Of a DNA stretch of 64,000 nt, positions 24,076 through 36,851 are shown in pieces. Below the pieces are notes generated by a model. The model was not told where the DNA came from, ran no database searches, and saw only the letters and a program-made list of their open reading frames with translations. How positions within the stretch are numbered: position 1 is the stretch's first letter; each line of letters starts with the position of its first letter. This DNA is from Vicugna vicugna (taxonomy: Eukaryota): assembly GCA_013265495.1 (NCBI GenBank), contig MU061578.1:257308-321307 (forward strand), given 5' to 3'. The translations under genes were made by a program, and so were the position numbers.

Positions 24076-26002
24076 TTATTTTTGAGATGATGATTATTAA
24101 TATTAATAGTTATTACTATAGTAGCAGCAATAGGAGTACGCATGGTAATAAAACTGGCAGTATCAAGTGCTATTCGAGGTAATGAGAGTAGCAGTATATC
24201 ATAGGTGAATGTTCTGGACAATCTGTGACTTAATTGAGATGCCACCAATCTACTGTAGTTTTTCCTAAAGACCATCTTCTCTTAAACAGCCAAACTCAGA
24301 CCCCTAGGGTCATGAGATTTCTCTGAAAGCCTTTACTCATCATTCTGAACCCTATGATTTGGAAGAGGGCTGTCGAATACAATTTCACTTGGGCAGCACT
24401 GCTTTAGAAGAAAACCATAAGTGCAGTGAGTTTCAAGCAAAAACTGAATATATTACTTTAGAGTCCAACGTGAAGATCAGTGGGAGACCCCAAAGGCTGC
24501 CTGTTGACTTGCTGAGCATACAAAGGAAATAAATCATGGATGATAGTGATAAATGAGCAACAGAGGGCATCCAGCCTGCCTCAGTGATCCAGGCAGTTGT
24601 GTGTGTGGGTGTTTAGGGCATGGGGAGTGGGTCAGAGCCGCTCACTGAAAGACTTGAATAGTGGATTTCTCTTGGAAAATTTTCTCCATGACTTTTTTTT
24701 TCTTCATGAGTTTTTGTCTGTCAATCATGAAGGTCATGAGTTTTTGTTATATATTTTAAATAAATAAAATGCCTAATTAAATGAAAGTTGGAGTGGGCAA
24801 GTGCATTTACATAATAGAACTCCTGAGGTGCCTGGTATTTATTGTGTGTCTGTGTTTTAAGCACTTCATTTCACATAGCTTCATATAATCCTTGCAACAA
24901 GCCTTCGAGCTATATGCCTACACCACTATTCAGATGAGGACGTGATCAGGAGGCACTGAACCACAAAATGTAACTGTCAGAGTCCAGTTTGACTGACCTT
25001 AAAGCTCCCAATTTTCCCAGCATCCTTGGGTTTCTTAACATTTGATTTGGTGATCATTTGTGCCAAATCCCCCAGATTTCTAGTAAAAAATGCAGATAAT
25101 TGTACCTCACCTGATATTTACTGATTAAGAATCTCTACCAGGAATCTGCATTTTAGTAAACTCCCCCGGAGATTCTTGTTACACAAACGTTTGAGTTACT
25201 GCACTACAGTTTCTTATCTAAGATACTCTCACCTAGTATCCAACCCAGTGCTTAGGCATATGGGAAACTGGCAGAGTTCCTTGGGTTTTCAGTTACTGTT
25301 AATCTTCCTTCAACCAACGAAATGGAAAACAGGACAGTTTTTCTTTTTCTTTACCCTGGAGGATTATTAATCATATGTTATCAATGGCTTATTACGTAGG
25401 GTGGCCAAGAATATTCTAAATATTTATAGTATATGGTGCTATAGGATATCACATAAAGTCATTGAAAATATTACAACTTGGAAGTAACTTCAAAATAGTA
25501 GAGTTCTTTAGGATTATCATGAAGCAAAATTGCAAAATCAATTGGATATTAAATTTTAGAGTTTATAAAGCTAGGTGATTCATTTAAAATACTACACTTG
25601 TGATTCAAGTGAGCTGCCACTAGGAGTCAGGGATGTCCTCTTTATATATAATTTGATGGTCAGATAAAGTTTTCCTTTGATAAGTTAAACTGAGAAGCAT
25701 AGATTGGAATAATAGCGTTGCAGACGGTTAGAGCTTGATGGGACCAAGGAATCAAATGAGAGTTGATGAAAATCTATGAACAACAAATGATTAGTCAGTA
25801 GGACACCATTTTATGCGTCTTAAATAAAACTCTTATCTCTATTTCCTAAGCAGACAAAAGACTGGGACCCCCCAGCTAAAAGTGGCTTCAAAATCTATTC
25901 AAGAATTCTCCTTTCAGTCCACCTCCATTTTCATTTTTCTCTCTGAGTTGTCTTATCTGTACGCTGTAGTTGAGTCAACCTTTTCTTCCGTCTCTTAGTA
26001 TT

Positions 26003-26385
26003 TGTCATAGGCTGAACTGTGTCTCCCCTGAATTCGTATGTTGAAGTTCCAATCCCTAGTACCCTAGAATGTGAAAGTATTTGAAGACAGAGTCCTTATA
26101 GAAGTAGTTAAGTTAAAATGAGGTCATTAGGGTTGTTCTTAATCCAAGATGACTAGTACCCTTAATGTCGAGAAAATGTGGACACTGATAGGTACAGAGG
26201 GAAGACAATGTGAAGAGAACAGAAGAAGATGGACATCTACAAGCCAAGGAGAGAGGAAGAAACCAACCCTGCTGACACCTTGATCTTGGACTTGTAGCCT
26301 CCAGGACTGTGACGAAATAAATTTCTGTTGTTTATGCCACCCGGTCTGTGGTTCTTTCTTATGGCAGCTGGAGCTGACTAACATG
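26003..26385 (+). mobile_element. MLT1B-like MaLR solo LTR
   Basis: 'tgtcataggctgaactgtgtctcccc...ccctgctgacaccttgatcttggacttgtagcctccaggactgtga'; perfect 5-bp TSD GTATT (25998-26002, 26386-26390). Confidence 0.92.
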
Positions 26386-26394
26386 GTATTTCTC

Positions 26395-26625
26395 AGTACT
26401 GTCATTCTTTCTGGATCTCTGTGACTCTTGGTATCTCTCTGTGTCTCTCTGGGCATCACTGTGTAATATTCTCTGACTCTGTATTTCTGTTTCTCTGTTT
26501 TTCTGGGTCTCTCTGTATCTGTATATCAAATACTCTCTTTCTTTCTATTTCATACTCTCTAACACATACTACCCCCTTCCCTGCTCCTTGTCTCTCTATC
26601 TTCTCATTCTCTCTCTTCCTTGGAT
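26395..26625 (+). repeat. CT-rich low-complexity tract
   Basis: Degenerate (CT)n/(CTCTGT)n. Confidence 0.75.
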
Positions 26626-28029
26626 AAAACATAACTCATGTGAAATATTTAGAACAGTGCTTATCATATAGAGATTACTCAAAAAAGCTGATTCTTCTCT
26701 CTTCCTTCTCTTTTTTTCTTTCTTTCTTCACTATTCCACTTCCATTTCTTTTCACTCAAACTGGACATAAAATAAAACTGGAATTTATTTTTCAGGATTT
26801 ATTATCTTTACTGAGTAAAGTTTTATGGCCCCCAAATCTAATTTTAAAGCAACTCACCTGACTGTTTTACATTTCCCAAAGGGGGAGAGGAAGGGACTAA
26901 ACTGAACTGCCTTTTGTTAAGTGATCTCAGTTTGATTTTTGCTGTTTGTTTGTTCCTTTTGAGTAAAAATGTTTAGATCAGTTGATCTCACATTTTACTA
27001 GGCATAGATTTACACAGGGGGCTGGTTAACTATGTACATTTTTTGCTCTCCCATTCCAAGTTTTTGAAACAGTGCATTTGTGTTTGGGCCTGGAATTACA
27101 TAACTTAAAAGATATCTGAGTAGTTCTGATGCAGGGGATTCTTTCAGCATGAGCTGAGAATCACTGTCCTAGAAAATAAAAAGGGACACTCCCCCACCCT
27201 CAGCCCTGCCTAATCTTCGTTCATTCTAAACAAAGAATAAAATAAAGCTAAGCTTTTCGTTTCAAGAAGTGGTTTTAAAATATTCTTCCTGACCATCAAG
27301 TTGTGGATTTTTTTTTCCTCCTTCTTTTTTCCCTCTATTTTTTTGATGCAGGGAGCCCACAGCCTTTAATTGGCTGAGCAGAGAGCTGACATTTACTTCC
27401 AAACAATTTGGGTAGGTGGAAAGGAAGAGTAGGACTTGAAAAATTAACAGTCATAGATTTACTTCTTTGGCACCTGTTCTGATTATTGAATTAAGAAAGT
27501 TCTGGCAGCTACAACTGGTTCTGCCAGATGTTGAAGAGCACATTTCAGGGAGGATGGAAAGGGATGTCAGAAGATGTGAGGCTCATTCATTTAAAAAATA
27601 AACTGTCCGGATCAAGTTCTGTTTAGGCTGTCAGAACTGATCTCGAGCGTAATGAAACAGCAAGAACGAAGGGACGAGGAGACATGGATAAAGCCCAAAC
27701 ACATTGTGAAATATAAAAAATCCACTGATTTTTAAGTCAACACCCCTGAGTGTCAGCTTATCAGCTTGTGGAAATCACCGACATGTTGAAAGTAGCCCAT
27801 TTTCCTCACAGTTTGGTGCAGATTTGTCCACTGGTCTAATGGAGGCTGTAAAATGGTCTTGGGGGACTTGTCTGTCAGGCTCAGGGTGGAGGAAGGGCCA
27901 CAGCACCCAAGAGATCTTTGGGAGATAGATGGTGACAGGAGAAAAGGTAAGCTCTCAGTCAGGGATGGAATCACTCAGCATCGCTCTAGAATAAACCGGC
28001 ATCTGTTTCTGTGAATCCTGAGAATCCAT

Positions 28030-28034
28030 TACAA

Positions 28035-28065
<31 letters not shown>

Positions 28066-28145
28066 CGTACACTCCTGCATCACATGCACACACATACACA
28101 GATATACATGGATGCACACATATTCCTTCACTATACACAGCAAAC
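28030..28145 (+). repeat. (CA)n microsatellite with degenerate flank
   Basis: Perfect (CA)n ~28035-28061, then CA/TA-rich decay. Confidence 0.9.
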
Positions 28146-28834
28146 AAAATCAAACATTTGTACACAACCAGATTTATGAAGAAAACCTTACCAAGAGGGA
28201 TCAAACACCTTTCCCAGCCCTTGGGCCCAGCCTGCTGGTGAGATGGAAGCCTAGGATGCCTAACCAGAGCCCATCGGCACATCTTCCTCTGGAATGCTGG
28301 GGAGTTATTCCATTAAAAAGTGGCTCAGCTAGCCCAGAGTTCCATTCACGTCTTGGACCCACCTTTCAGGACAAATGGGGGTGTGATTCCACTCAGTCGG
28401 CTGTGTTTTACACAGGTGGATTCACATGCCCAGCATACATATTTTGTGGACCAGAAGGCCTGTTGACGGAACTTGGCGAGGACCTCACAGGGCTGGACTG
28501 GATGAAATTCCTCAATAACGTCTGTACTTCATCCTGACGATGCTGGGGCTGTGTGTCCATGGAGCCTAGTCGGTAGTTTACCTGTGATCATGCACGACTC
28601 AGAATAAGTACAACACATCTTCCTAAAGCATAAGTAATTTATATGTGGAATCAAACAATTTAAAACATTTTATCCTTTGTCAAATGGCTTAATTAACTGT
28701 TCATATTTGGGAGCAGAATGTAAAATTTACATGCATTTTTAAGGGGAAAAGAGTAGTGACCTGAAAATTGACAGGGGCTGGTGTATTTTTTAATGGAGAG
28801 GGTTTTTGACTATCATTTAAATTTTATGCTATTA

Positions 28835-31745
28835 CAGCTGTAGAAGCTTTATAGGTTTCACTTTTACTTTTAGGTTTATGATTCATCTTAGACTAAATTT
28901 TTCTGTGTGATGTAAGAAAGGGGTCAGGTTCTTTCCCCTCAAACTTGATCCACTTGTTCTACCACCATTGTTAAGAAGTCTTTCCTTTCTCAGCTGAATA
29001 GATGTGATGCTATTCAACTGCCCGTGTATTTATGTGTGGATCTGTTTATGGACTCTGTTCCATACCAACTCTCTTATTTACTCTAGCTTTACAATAAAGT
29101 CTGATTTCTCAAAAAAATTTATGCTATTAGTTTTCCTACTTCTTATAGAAAGAATTTTTGTCATGTATAATTTTAGAGCAAGTATTTTTATCTATTTTAA
29201 AAATTATGTATAACTTATTCACAATATTTTTAAAAAGACTATTGTTTTAGAATAGTTTTAGGTTTATAATGAAACTGAGAGGAAGGTACAGAGATTTTCC
29301 ATATACTCTCTGCCCCCACACAAGCAGTAAGGTACATATATGTTTACTCTTCAGTAATTTTTGATAAATGTATACACTTATGTAATTACCACTGCCATCA
29401 AAATATAGAACATTTCCATCACTCAATAAAGTTCCCTTATGCCTCTTTGCAGTCTTTCCACCTCCTTTTCCTAAAAAACATTGATCCAATTTCAACCAGC
29501 ATAGTTTACTTTGCCTATTCTGGAATTCATATAATAAAACTACACGATAATGTTTTTTTATCTTCATATATGTGGTATATATATATATATAAACAAACAT
29601 TGTGGATATGGATAAATACATTGTCTGATGTATATTTTTGAAATTAAACAACTATATATAGTTTAATATATATTTAATTTATATATATGTAAAAATAGTT
29701 TAATTTCAAAAATATATATCCCACAGTATGTTTATCCATTTACTGATGGATGGGCATTTTGGGTTATTTTCAATTTCTGACTATTATGAATAAAGCTGCT
29801 ATGAAAAACTCCAGTACAAGTTATTTTTGAAAATGTATGTTTTCATTTTTCTCAGATAAATACCCAGGACTATCATTGTTGAGTAATACTTATGTTTAGC
29901 TTTGTAAAAAATTGCTGAAGACTTTCACAAAGTGATCCTAAGATGTTGCATCCCATCCCAGTGACGTATAAGAATTCTATGAAATATCCTCATCCTTGCT
30001 AGCACTTAGTATGGGTCAGCTTTCCCAGTATAGTGAATATTCAATGATCTCTCATTGTGGTATTAATTTGCTTTTCCCTAATGATTAAAGTGTTGAGTTT
30101 TCATGTACTTCATATATCTTGCTTTGTAAAGTATCCACTCAAGTCTTTTGTCCATTGGAAAAAACCGTGTTGCCTTTTTATTATGAAGTTATAGGAGTTC
30201 TTTATATATTATGGATGGAAGTCCTTTTTCAGATGGATCTACTGCAAATATGTTTTCAAAGTTGTTGGCTTGTTGCTTTTATATTTTTAAAGGTGTCTTT
30301 TGATGAGAAGTTTGTAATGTCGATGAAGCTCAATGAATGATTTTTTTCTCTTATGATTAGTGCTTTTTATGTTGCCTCTAAGAAGTGTTTATCCTTAGGT
30401 TCTAAAGATAGTCTCCTTTGTTTACTTCTAGAAGTTGCATAGTTTTAACTTACATGTTTGGATTTATGATTCACTTCAAATTAATTTTTATGTATGAAGT
30501 AAGATAGGGGTTGAGGTTCAGTTTTTGATGTTATTAATTAACAGAATTTAAAATTATTTTCCAAATTTTTCTTGGCAGTCTGTGAAATACAACTTTTTGT
30601 ACATTCACCTTGGAATGTGTGGGCTTGTAGAGTTTACTTATTGTTTCTTTTTGTTCTTGGTAGATTCCTTAGGATTATCTTGTAAATAATCATATTATCT
30701 ATGAATAAAAACAATTTTATTCTGCCCTTTCCAATCTTTATTCCTTTTATTTCTTCCATGTATTACTGCACTGGATAGGACCCTTGCATACTGAAACAGG
30801 AAGAAAGAGTTCAGTATTTCACCATTAGGGCTGATGTTAATACTATGGATTGTGAGTGTTTGTGGTATGCATGTGGTTGTTATTTGTTTTCGTAGACGCC
30901 TTTTATCAGACAGAAGAAATTCTCTTCTAGACCCAGTTTGCTGAGAACTTTTACCATAAATGGATGATGAATTTTGTTAAATGCTTTTCTACATCTGTTG
31001 GAAGGTTCATATAACTTTTCTGCATAATTTTGCTAGTATGAAGTCACACTCATCAGGAATTGCTACATTTATGCTCAGGAGGAATATTGGTGTATATTTT
31101 TTTCTGTTTTGGTTATAAGGTCAATTATGTTGACCTCGTAAAAGAAGACAACAACTGTTTCATCCCCCTCTCTATTCCGAAAAGAGCTTTTAGAGTACTA
31201 GCATTACTTCTCCCTTAAGTATTTGCTGTAATTCACCAGTGAAGTCAACTGGGCCTGGAGCTGTATTTGTAGGAAGGTTATTTAAATTACAAATTCAACT
31301 TCTATACTAGATAGAGTACTATGCAACAGTTTAAAAATTTCTTCTTAAGTCAGTGTTGGTTATTTGGAGTTTTCAAAAAATGTGTTCCTAGCATCTAAAA
31401 TGCCAAACTTACAGACACAAAAATATTTATAATATTCCCTTATCATGCTTTTAATATCTGCAGGATTGTACTCATGTCTTCTTTTTCATTCCTGATATTA
31501 ATCATTTGTGTTTTCTCCTTTATTCTCTATCAGTCTTGCTAGGGGCTTATCAATTTGTGTTAATATTTTCAAAAGATCAATTTGGGACTCTGTTCACTTT
31601 CTTCATTTTAAAATACTTTCTATTTTGTAGACTATGTTTATCCCTCCCCACTTCTTTTGCTTCTTTTGCATTTAATTTCTTCTTTTTCTAGCTTCTTTAC
31701 ATGGAAGTATAGATCATTGATTTTCTGCCTTTCTTCTAATATACT
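28835..31745 (-). mobile_element. Nested old L1M fragments (L1MC/L1MD/L1ME-like)
   Basis: T-rich reverse L1 3' ends (29245 'ttttagaatagttttaggtttataatgaaactgagaggaaggtacagagattttccatata') and ORF2-antisense motifs ('aattcaccagtgaagtcaactgggcctgga', 'ccagtttgctgagaactttt'). Confidence 0.85.
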
Positions 31746-33321
31746 GAAAGAAATCCTTTTGTGACTTGAACTGACACTGCCTCAAGGTGTGATCCCAATT
31801 TTTGCCCTCAGGCCTCATCCTCTGTCAATGTAGGTGACAGTCAATCTCTGCTTCTAACACTGTCTTGGCAGCCTTAACCGACTTTGCCTCCTGGGCAGGT
31901 AGTGGGTATCAGAGGGTCTCTAGGTGGCCCCATTATAAGCATTTTTTGTGTGTCACCATATTTAGTCTTTACTAATCCACACAAGCATACTATCCTCATT
32001 TTTCAGGTTTTAAAAAATGAAGGTGATATTAACTAATTTCCCTGACACATGACATTGCTGAGATTCAGATTCATTCCTTTCTGACTCTAAAGTCCAGTGT
32101 TAGTTGCTACATGCCTCTGCTTCCCATGTTAAAGTGATCACTCATTGCGACTCTACCAGATGCTACACTGTGATAGGTGAATTATAGACATGACATCGTT
32201 TAGTCCACACAGTGGCCTGTGAGGTAGGTACTATTTATAACCATTGAAAAATAAGACAGTTGAGTCAGGGACTTGAGATGTCTTACCCATACTGAATGTA
32301 ATAAACCTACTATTCAGTGTTAGGTATTCTTCTGAAAATCCCAAATTTTATTCTCTCGACCTAAGATTTTATGTTCTACACACCAAGCAGACATTTTTGA
32401 TGTCAAGACCTTGTAAATTCATCGAGTGACCCATCCCTTTACAGACAGGCAGAAAGAGATGTAATTTCACATCTCGTAAGGTGGAGAGTTCGAATGCTAC
32501 TTGCATTCAAGTAGTTTAAGTTAAACTTAACCCCCTATGTCTGGAGGTCTTACAAAGTTCATTTAGCTTCTAAAATAAAATATGTTCAACCTCAGAGGGT
32601 GTATATAACATACCCAATTCCACCAGCTAGTAGGTGGAAGAGCTGGAATTTGAACCTAGATCCGTCTGACTTCAGTACAAAAAAAGAAAGAAAGAAACTT
32701 AAATGTTCAAAGGATACCAAGGAACTCTTTTTACTCTCATGTAGGAGACTGGTGGTACATCTTTAAGACATGGCAATCAGTTTACAACATTCTAAAAGCA
32801 CTGACCACAAATTCTCAGCATTGAAAGGAAATAGGAGAAACGTTGGGGATGGTGGATCATCTGAAAAGATTCCTAAAGGAATTTGTGTAATCATCCTGTT
32901 AGAGCACAGCAGGTATGGAAGAAAACTGGAGCCATCTAGTTCGGCTTTTTTTTTTTTTTTTAAACAGATGAGGTAGGCGAGGCTTCAAGGGAAGGGCCTC
33001 CTCTTCCACCAAGGGTGTTTGATGTGGAGACTAATAGTATTCACAATGGTCCCTTAAATTTAAATGGATTCTCTTAGGTGCATATATACCGTTTCATTTC
33101 AGTTCCCATAAGAACCAGGGGAGGTGAGAAGGGCAGACCTGTTTATTCCTAGTTTATGGTGGGGAGTGAGTGACTGAGATCCTGAGAGTTAATTAGCTCC
33201 TCTCCTAATCGAGCAGCAGTATCTGCACTAGAACTCAGGGCTTCTCAATCCACATTCCAAAGACTTCAGAATAGAATACTGGTTGAGTGGAGGCAGGAAG
33301 GAAGGAGATATCATTAAGAAC

Positions 33322-33920
33322 TGTTACCAGGCTGTTGCCCCAGAATAATACCCCTGCCCCTCCCTTGAATAGAAATCAATTACTCTTAATTAAGTTTCAG
33401 GAGGAAGCAGCAAGGAGAAAAAACAAAAACTGGTTAGAACCAACTAGGCCATCTTAACTAGGCCCAAGATGGTGGAGGAACTGACTTCCAGTAGACCCTG
33501 AGCCTCATTATAGGCCTCAAGGTAGTGTGTATTAGATGACACATTCACCGGCGCCATGACAGTTGACAGTTGCCATGACAACAACTGGAAAAGCCCATAC
33601 AAGGACTGAAAAGTAGAGCTGCATCAGTTCCGGATCCAAACCACACCCCTGTTCTTGGATAACTCATGAATATTCCTCCCACTCTTTCCAATTCCCTCCC
33701 CTTTACCTCGACCCTCTGTGTCTCCACCCAAATTGGGTTGAGAACTTGACATGTGAATTAGGTTCCCACTTCTCCATTCTTCGACCATTGAATAAAGCCT
33801 GTGCTGTTCCAGTCTCAGGATCGGTTTCGGTATGGGCTACACAAATCCAGTCGGGAAAAGAAACTCCCTGGCTGGGCTGGGGGTCTCGGCCCAGGCTAGG
33901 ATCTGACCAGTTTGGTAACA
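33322..33920 (+). mobile_element. MER41-like ERV1 solo LTR
   Basis: Inverted termini TGTTACCA...TGGTAACA, 4-bp near-TSD GAAC/GAAT, AATAAA at 33791; internal 'caagatggtgg...cggcgccatgacagttgacagttgccatgacaac...cagttccgg...aactcatgaata' is colinear with the MER41 core as I recall it. Confidence 0.88.
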
Positions 33921-35239
33921 GAATGTTCTCTGAAAATTTGGTCAGGAGCATATTAGGCAGGTTCCACCCAACCCACCCTATAGGAAGCTTGTTTTCCACT
34001 TGAGAAAAAGCAGGCGAGACTGTAGAACATCTTCACAGCTGTTTATGTCTTCCAGTAACTTTTTCTAACCTTTTCCCCATCTGCTTTTGCAGTGGGAAAA
34101 ATCATTTTCTCCATGTGATGGGTCTTCAATATCCCCTTTCCTACCTCCTTGATACTGTACTCCAAGATACTATACTAAATTACAGTGATTCATTATTCCT
34201 ATTAAAACAAACAATATCCTCAAATTACCCAGCAAACTAAACAATTGTGAACAGTAAATTCACACAGTAAAACACGGGCACATATTGGGTAAATGTGATT
34301 TTCCCGAACAAGAAAAGCTTTCGGCAAAGTGTTTAACTTGAATACAACAAAAGGCAATTTAATTTAGTAATACAGCTGGGTGAAAAATGGAGACCTCGGG
34401 TTTAATAAGAAGGGGAAAAAGACACGCATATATCATCCAAAAGGATAATTATGAGAAACTATTTTGTATGATCCAGCTAAATCAAAGCTTCTAATGCTTT
34501 CTTACTCCTGTCAAAATAGGGAGATTTAAGGCCTTAAAAATGGGAATTTTGCAGACTTCACTGCCAAGAAAAAATGATTTGTCTCTTGATAAATTACTAC
34601 TGGGCTTTATACTTGGGGAAAAAATACACTTACATTGAAATAAATGCCAAGGAATGGCTAGAGAATTTATATTATTCGTTCATATCTGTCACTGGACTGG
34701 TGGGGAGACAGCAGTCCCATTTAAAACATCTCCTGGCTTGCTGACAGTATGCCACAGAGGCAAGATGGAAGCCTCCGGTGAGTGGGGGCAGGCGCAGACC
34801 CCCAGGAGGCTGCACAAATCTGGCACTGTACTGCTCAGATTTTTCTCCCTAGAACATAAATATCCTATCCTCTCCGGATTTCACATTTCAAGAAGAATCC
34901 CTGAATATGGACATGCGTCTTTTACAGATTCTAAAGTTGCCTTCCGACAGAGAAGGGGAACAGGAAAAGGAAAGAAAAACTTTGGCAAGCACAAGTCCAC
35001 CAGTTTGTCAATTACAATGGGTCCGGCAAGAACTGTGAAAGCCTGACTCTTCATTGCTTCCATCAAAGTCTTCAAACAAATAAACAGTAACAGGGTTGGA
35101 GAGCACATTGGCCATCGAGGTAGGGATCCAGACTCCAGCTTCACTTCTTTCACAACCTGGGTAAATCTTTGGCAAGACAGGTCACAACTTCAAGTCTCAC
35201 TTTCTCCATCTGTAAAATGGTTGAATTTGGACAAAAAAC

Positions 35240-35451
35240 AATTTCCTTGCAAGTATTTATGCAAAATACTTCATTTTAGACACATTTTTATTCAAAATCG
35301 CATTATATAGCACAGATTAAAGAGGAACTGCTCCAGCCAAAGCAGAGTGCTGCTTCTTTTTATTTTTTTCAACCTCTCCTCACCTCCTGCAGACCCCTAA
35401 GTGGATCTGTGGAACTCTAGAGCTTCAGGGAATACACTTTGAAAATCACTA
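35240..35451. mobile_element. hAT-Charlie MITE fragment (MER112/MER117-like)
   Basis: Terminus 'ctgtggaactctagagcttcagggaatacactttgaaaatcact'. Confidence 0.5.
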
Positions 35452-36168
35452 ACCTGTGTACTTTCTAAGGCTCCATCCAGTATGAATACACCATGGTTCT
35501 GGGGCTGATCTGCTCCTGAAACAATTAACTTAGGCTGTGAAATGCTTAGTTAGCTTTGCCTGGCATACTTTTCCTCCACCGTGATGATGTGTGTGTGTGT
35601 TGCGGGGTGGGGGGCTCCTTGACAAATGCCAGGTTCCCAAGGCTTCATTACTGTGACCCACCACAGGGTACATTCCCCATTCCTAGGCTGAGGCAAAAAC
35701 ATACAGTAGAGTCTTCAGAGCTGTTTCAAATATCCAAATGAGAATTATCATTCAAATATTTATCTTCAGAAATTTGGAAGCTTTAGCACTTGCTAAAGGC
35801 TGATTGATTAGTACGTATCAAGTCCATATTCCAGTAAATTCCCAAGAACTTTTTTTTCCCAAATGGAACAGTGCAAACACATTTGAATTTTCCAGTATCT
35901 GGATGATGACTCATCTGCTTTAAAAATAAAAAAATCAAAGAACTAAATACATGCTTTGGGAAAATAAAGATTCTGGCTAATTCATTCCTTCTTTCTTTTC
36001 TTTCTTTCTCTCTCCCTCCCTCCCTCCCTTCCTGTCTTTCTTGGTGCCAAAAAGAGTGCACTTTTATTTTTAGGTTGAATATCTTTCTAAAATGTCTGGA
36101 TTGACTTTCTACCTGAGTAACACCAATTTAAAGTGTTTCCATCCTTAATTTTTTTTGTCATTTTCAGA

Positions 36169-36405
36169 GTCCTGCACATTTCACAAAGTATTTTTTAGTT
36201 TATAAGCACAGTTTAGAATAGACTTTATAGTTTATAAGGTGCTGTACCCTTACCAAGGTACTTCACAGTTTACAAAGCCTTTTATGGTTTACACATTCTT
36301 TTATATAAGCCACTTTATCATTTCCAAAGTATCTGGCATCTTATAAAACCCTCTTATAATTACAAAGCACTTTGTAGCTTACCAAATGCCTTGCAATTTG
36401 TAAAA
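36169..36405 (+). repeat. Degenerate ~19-bp minisatellite, consensus ~GCACTTTACAGTTTACAAA, about 13 units
   Basis: Units such as gtacttcacagtttacaaa, gccttttatggtttacaca, gactttatagtttataag, gcactttgtagcttaccaa. Confidence 0.8.
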
Positions 36406-36634
36406 TGATTCCAAGCCCATAACCACATTTAGTTTTAGCAGATGTGATGACATAATTGCATCTTTCTTTGATGATTATTAAGGATCATGCTGGGCATGAG
36501 AGTCATAATTGTGAACTTGCCTTTACTGAACACAGACCAAGTGTCCCATAGATGCTTTTTATTGTCTGATTGATTAAGAATATTATTGCCCTCAACTGAT
36601 ATAACTGATGAAGTCCAACAATTCTGGTCTTGAT

Positions 36635-36851
36635 CAATGGTTCTCCATGGGGGTGATTTTACCTGCTAGAGACATTTGGCAAAATATGGAGACATATTTG
36701 GTTGTCACAACTGGGAGAAGGGATCCTACTGGCATCTAGTGGGTAGAGGCCAGGGACCTTGTTAAACATTTTACAGCACACATCACAGCTCCTACAACAA
36801 AGGATTATCCATCCCATAATGTCAATTAAATGCCAATGTTCAGAAGCCCTG
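36635..36851 (+). mobile_element. MER20 MITE, full length
   Basis: 'caatggttctcc...ctactggcatctagtgggtagaggccaggga...cagaagccctg'; perfect 8-bp TSD GTCTTGAT (36627-36634, 36852-36859). Confidence 0.93.

Noticed and set aside
25640..25800. Possible L3/CR1 RT fragment and a weak CTCF-like CCACTAGGAGTCAG at ~25617
   Set aside because: Similarity is too weak to call by eye.
28840..30520. Similar segments at ~28840-28930 and ~30430-30520
   Set aside because: They are the same region of two separately inserted, diverged L1 copies, not a local duplication.
36169..36405. CRISPR-like appearance of the periodic array
   Set aside because: The context is eukaryotic, the units are contiguous and degenerate with no unique spacers, and there are no cas genes.
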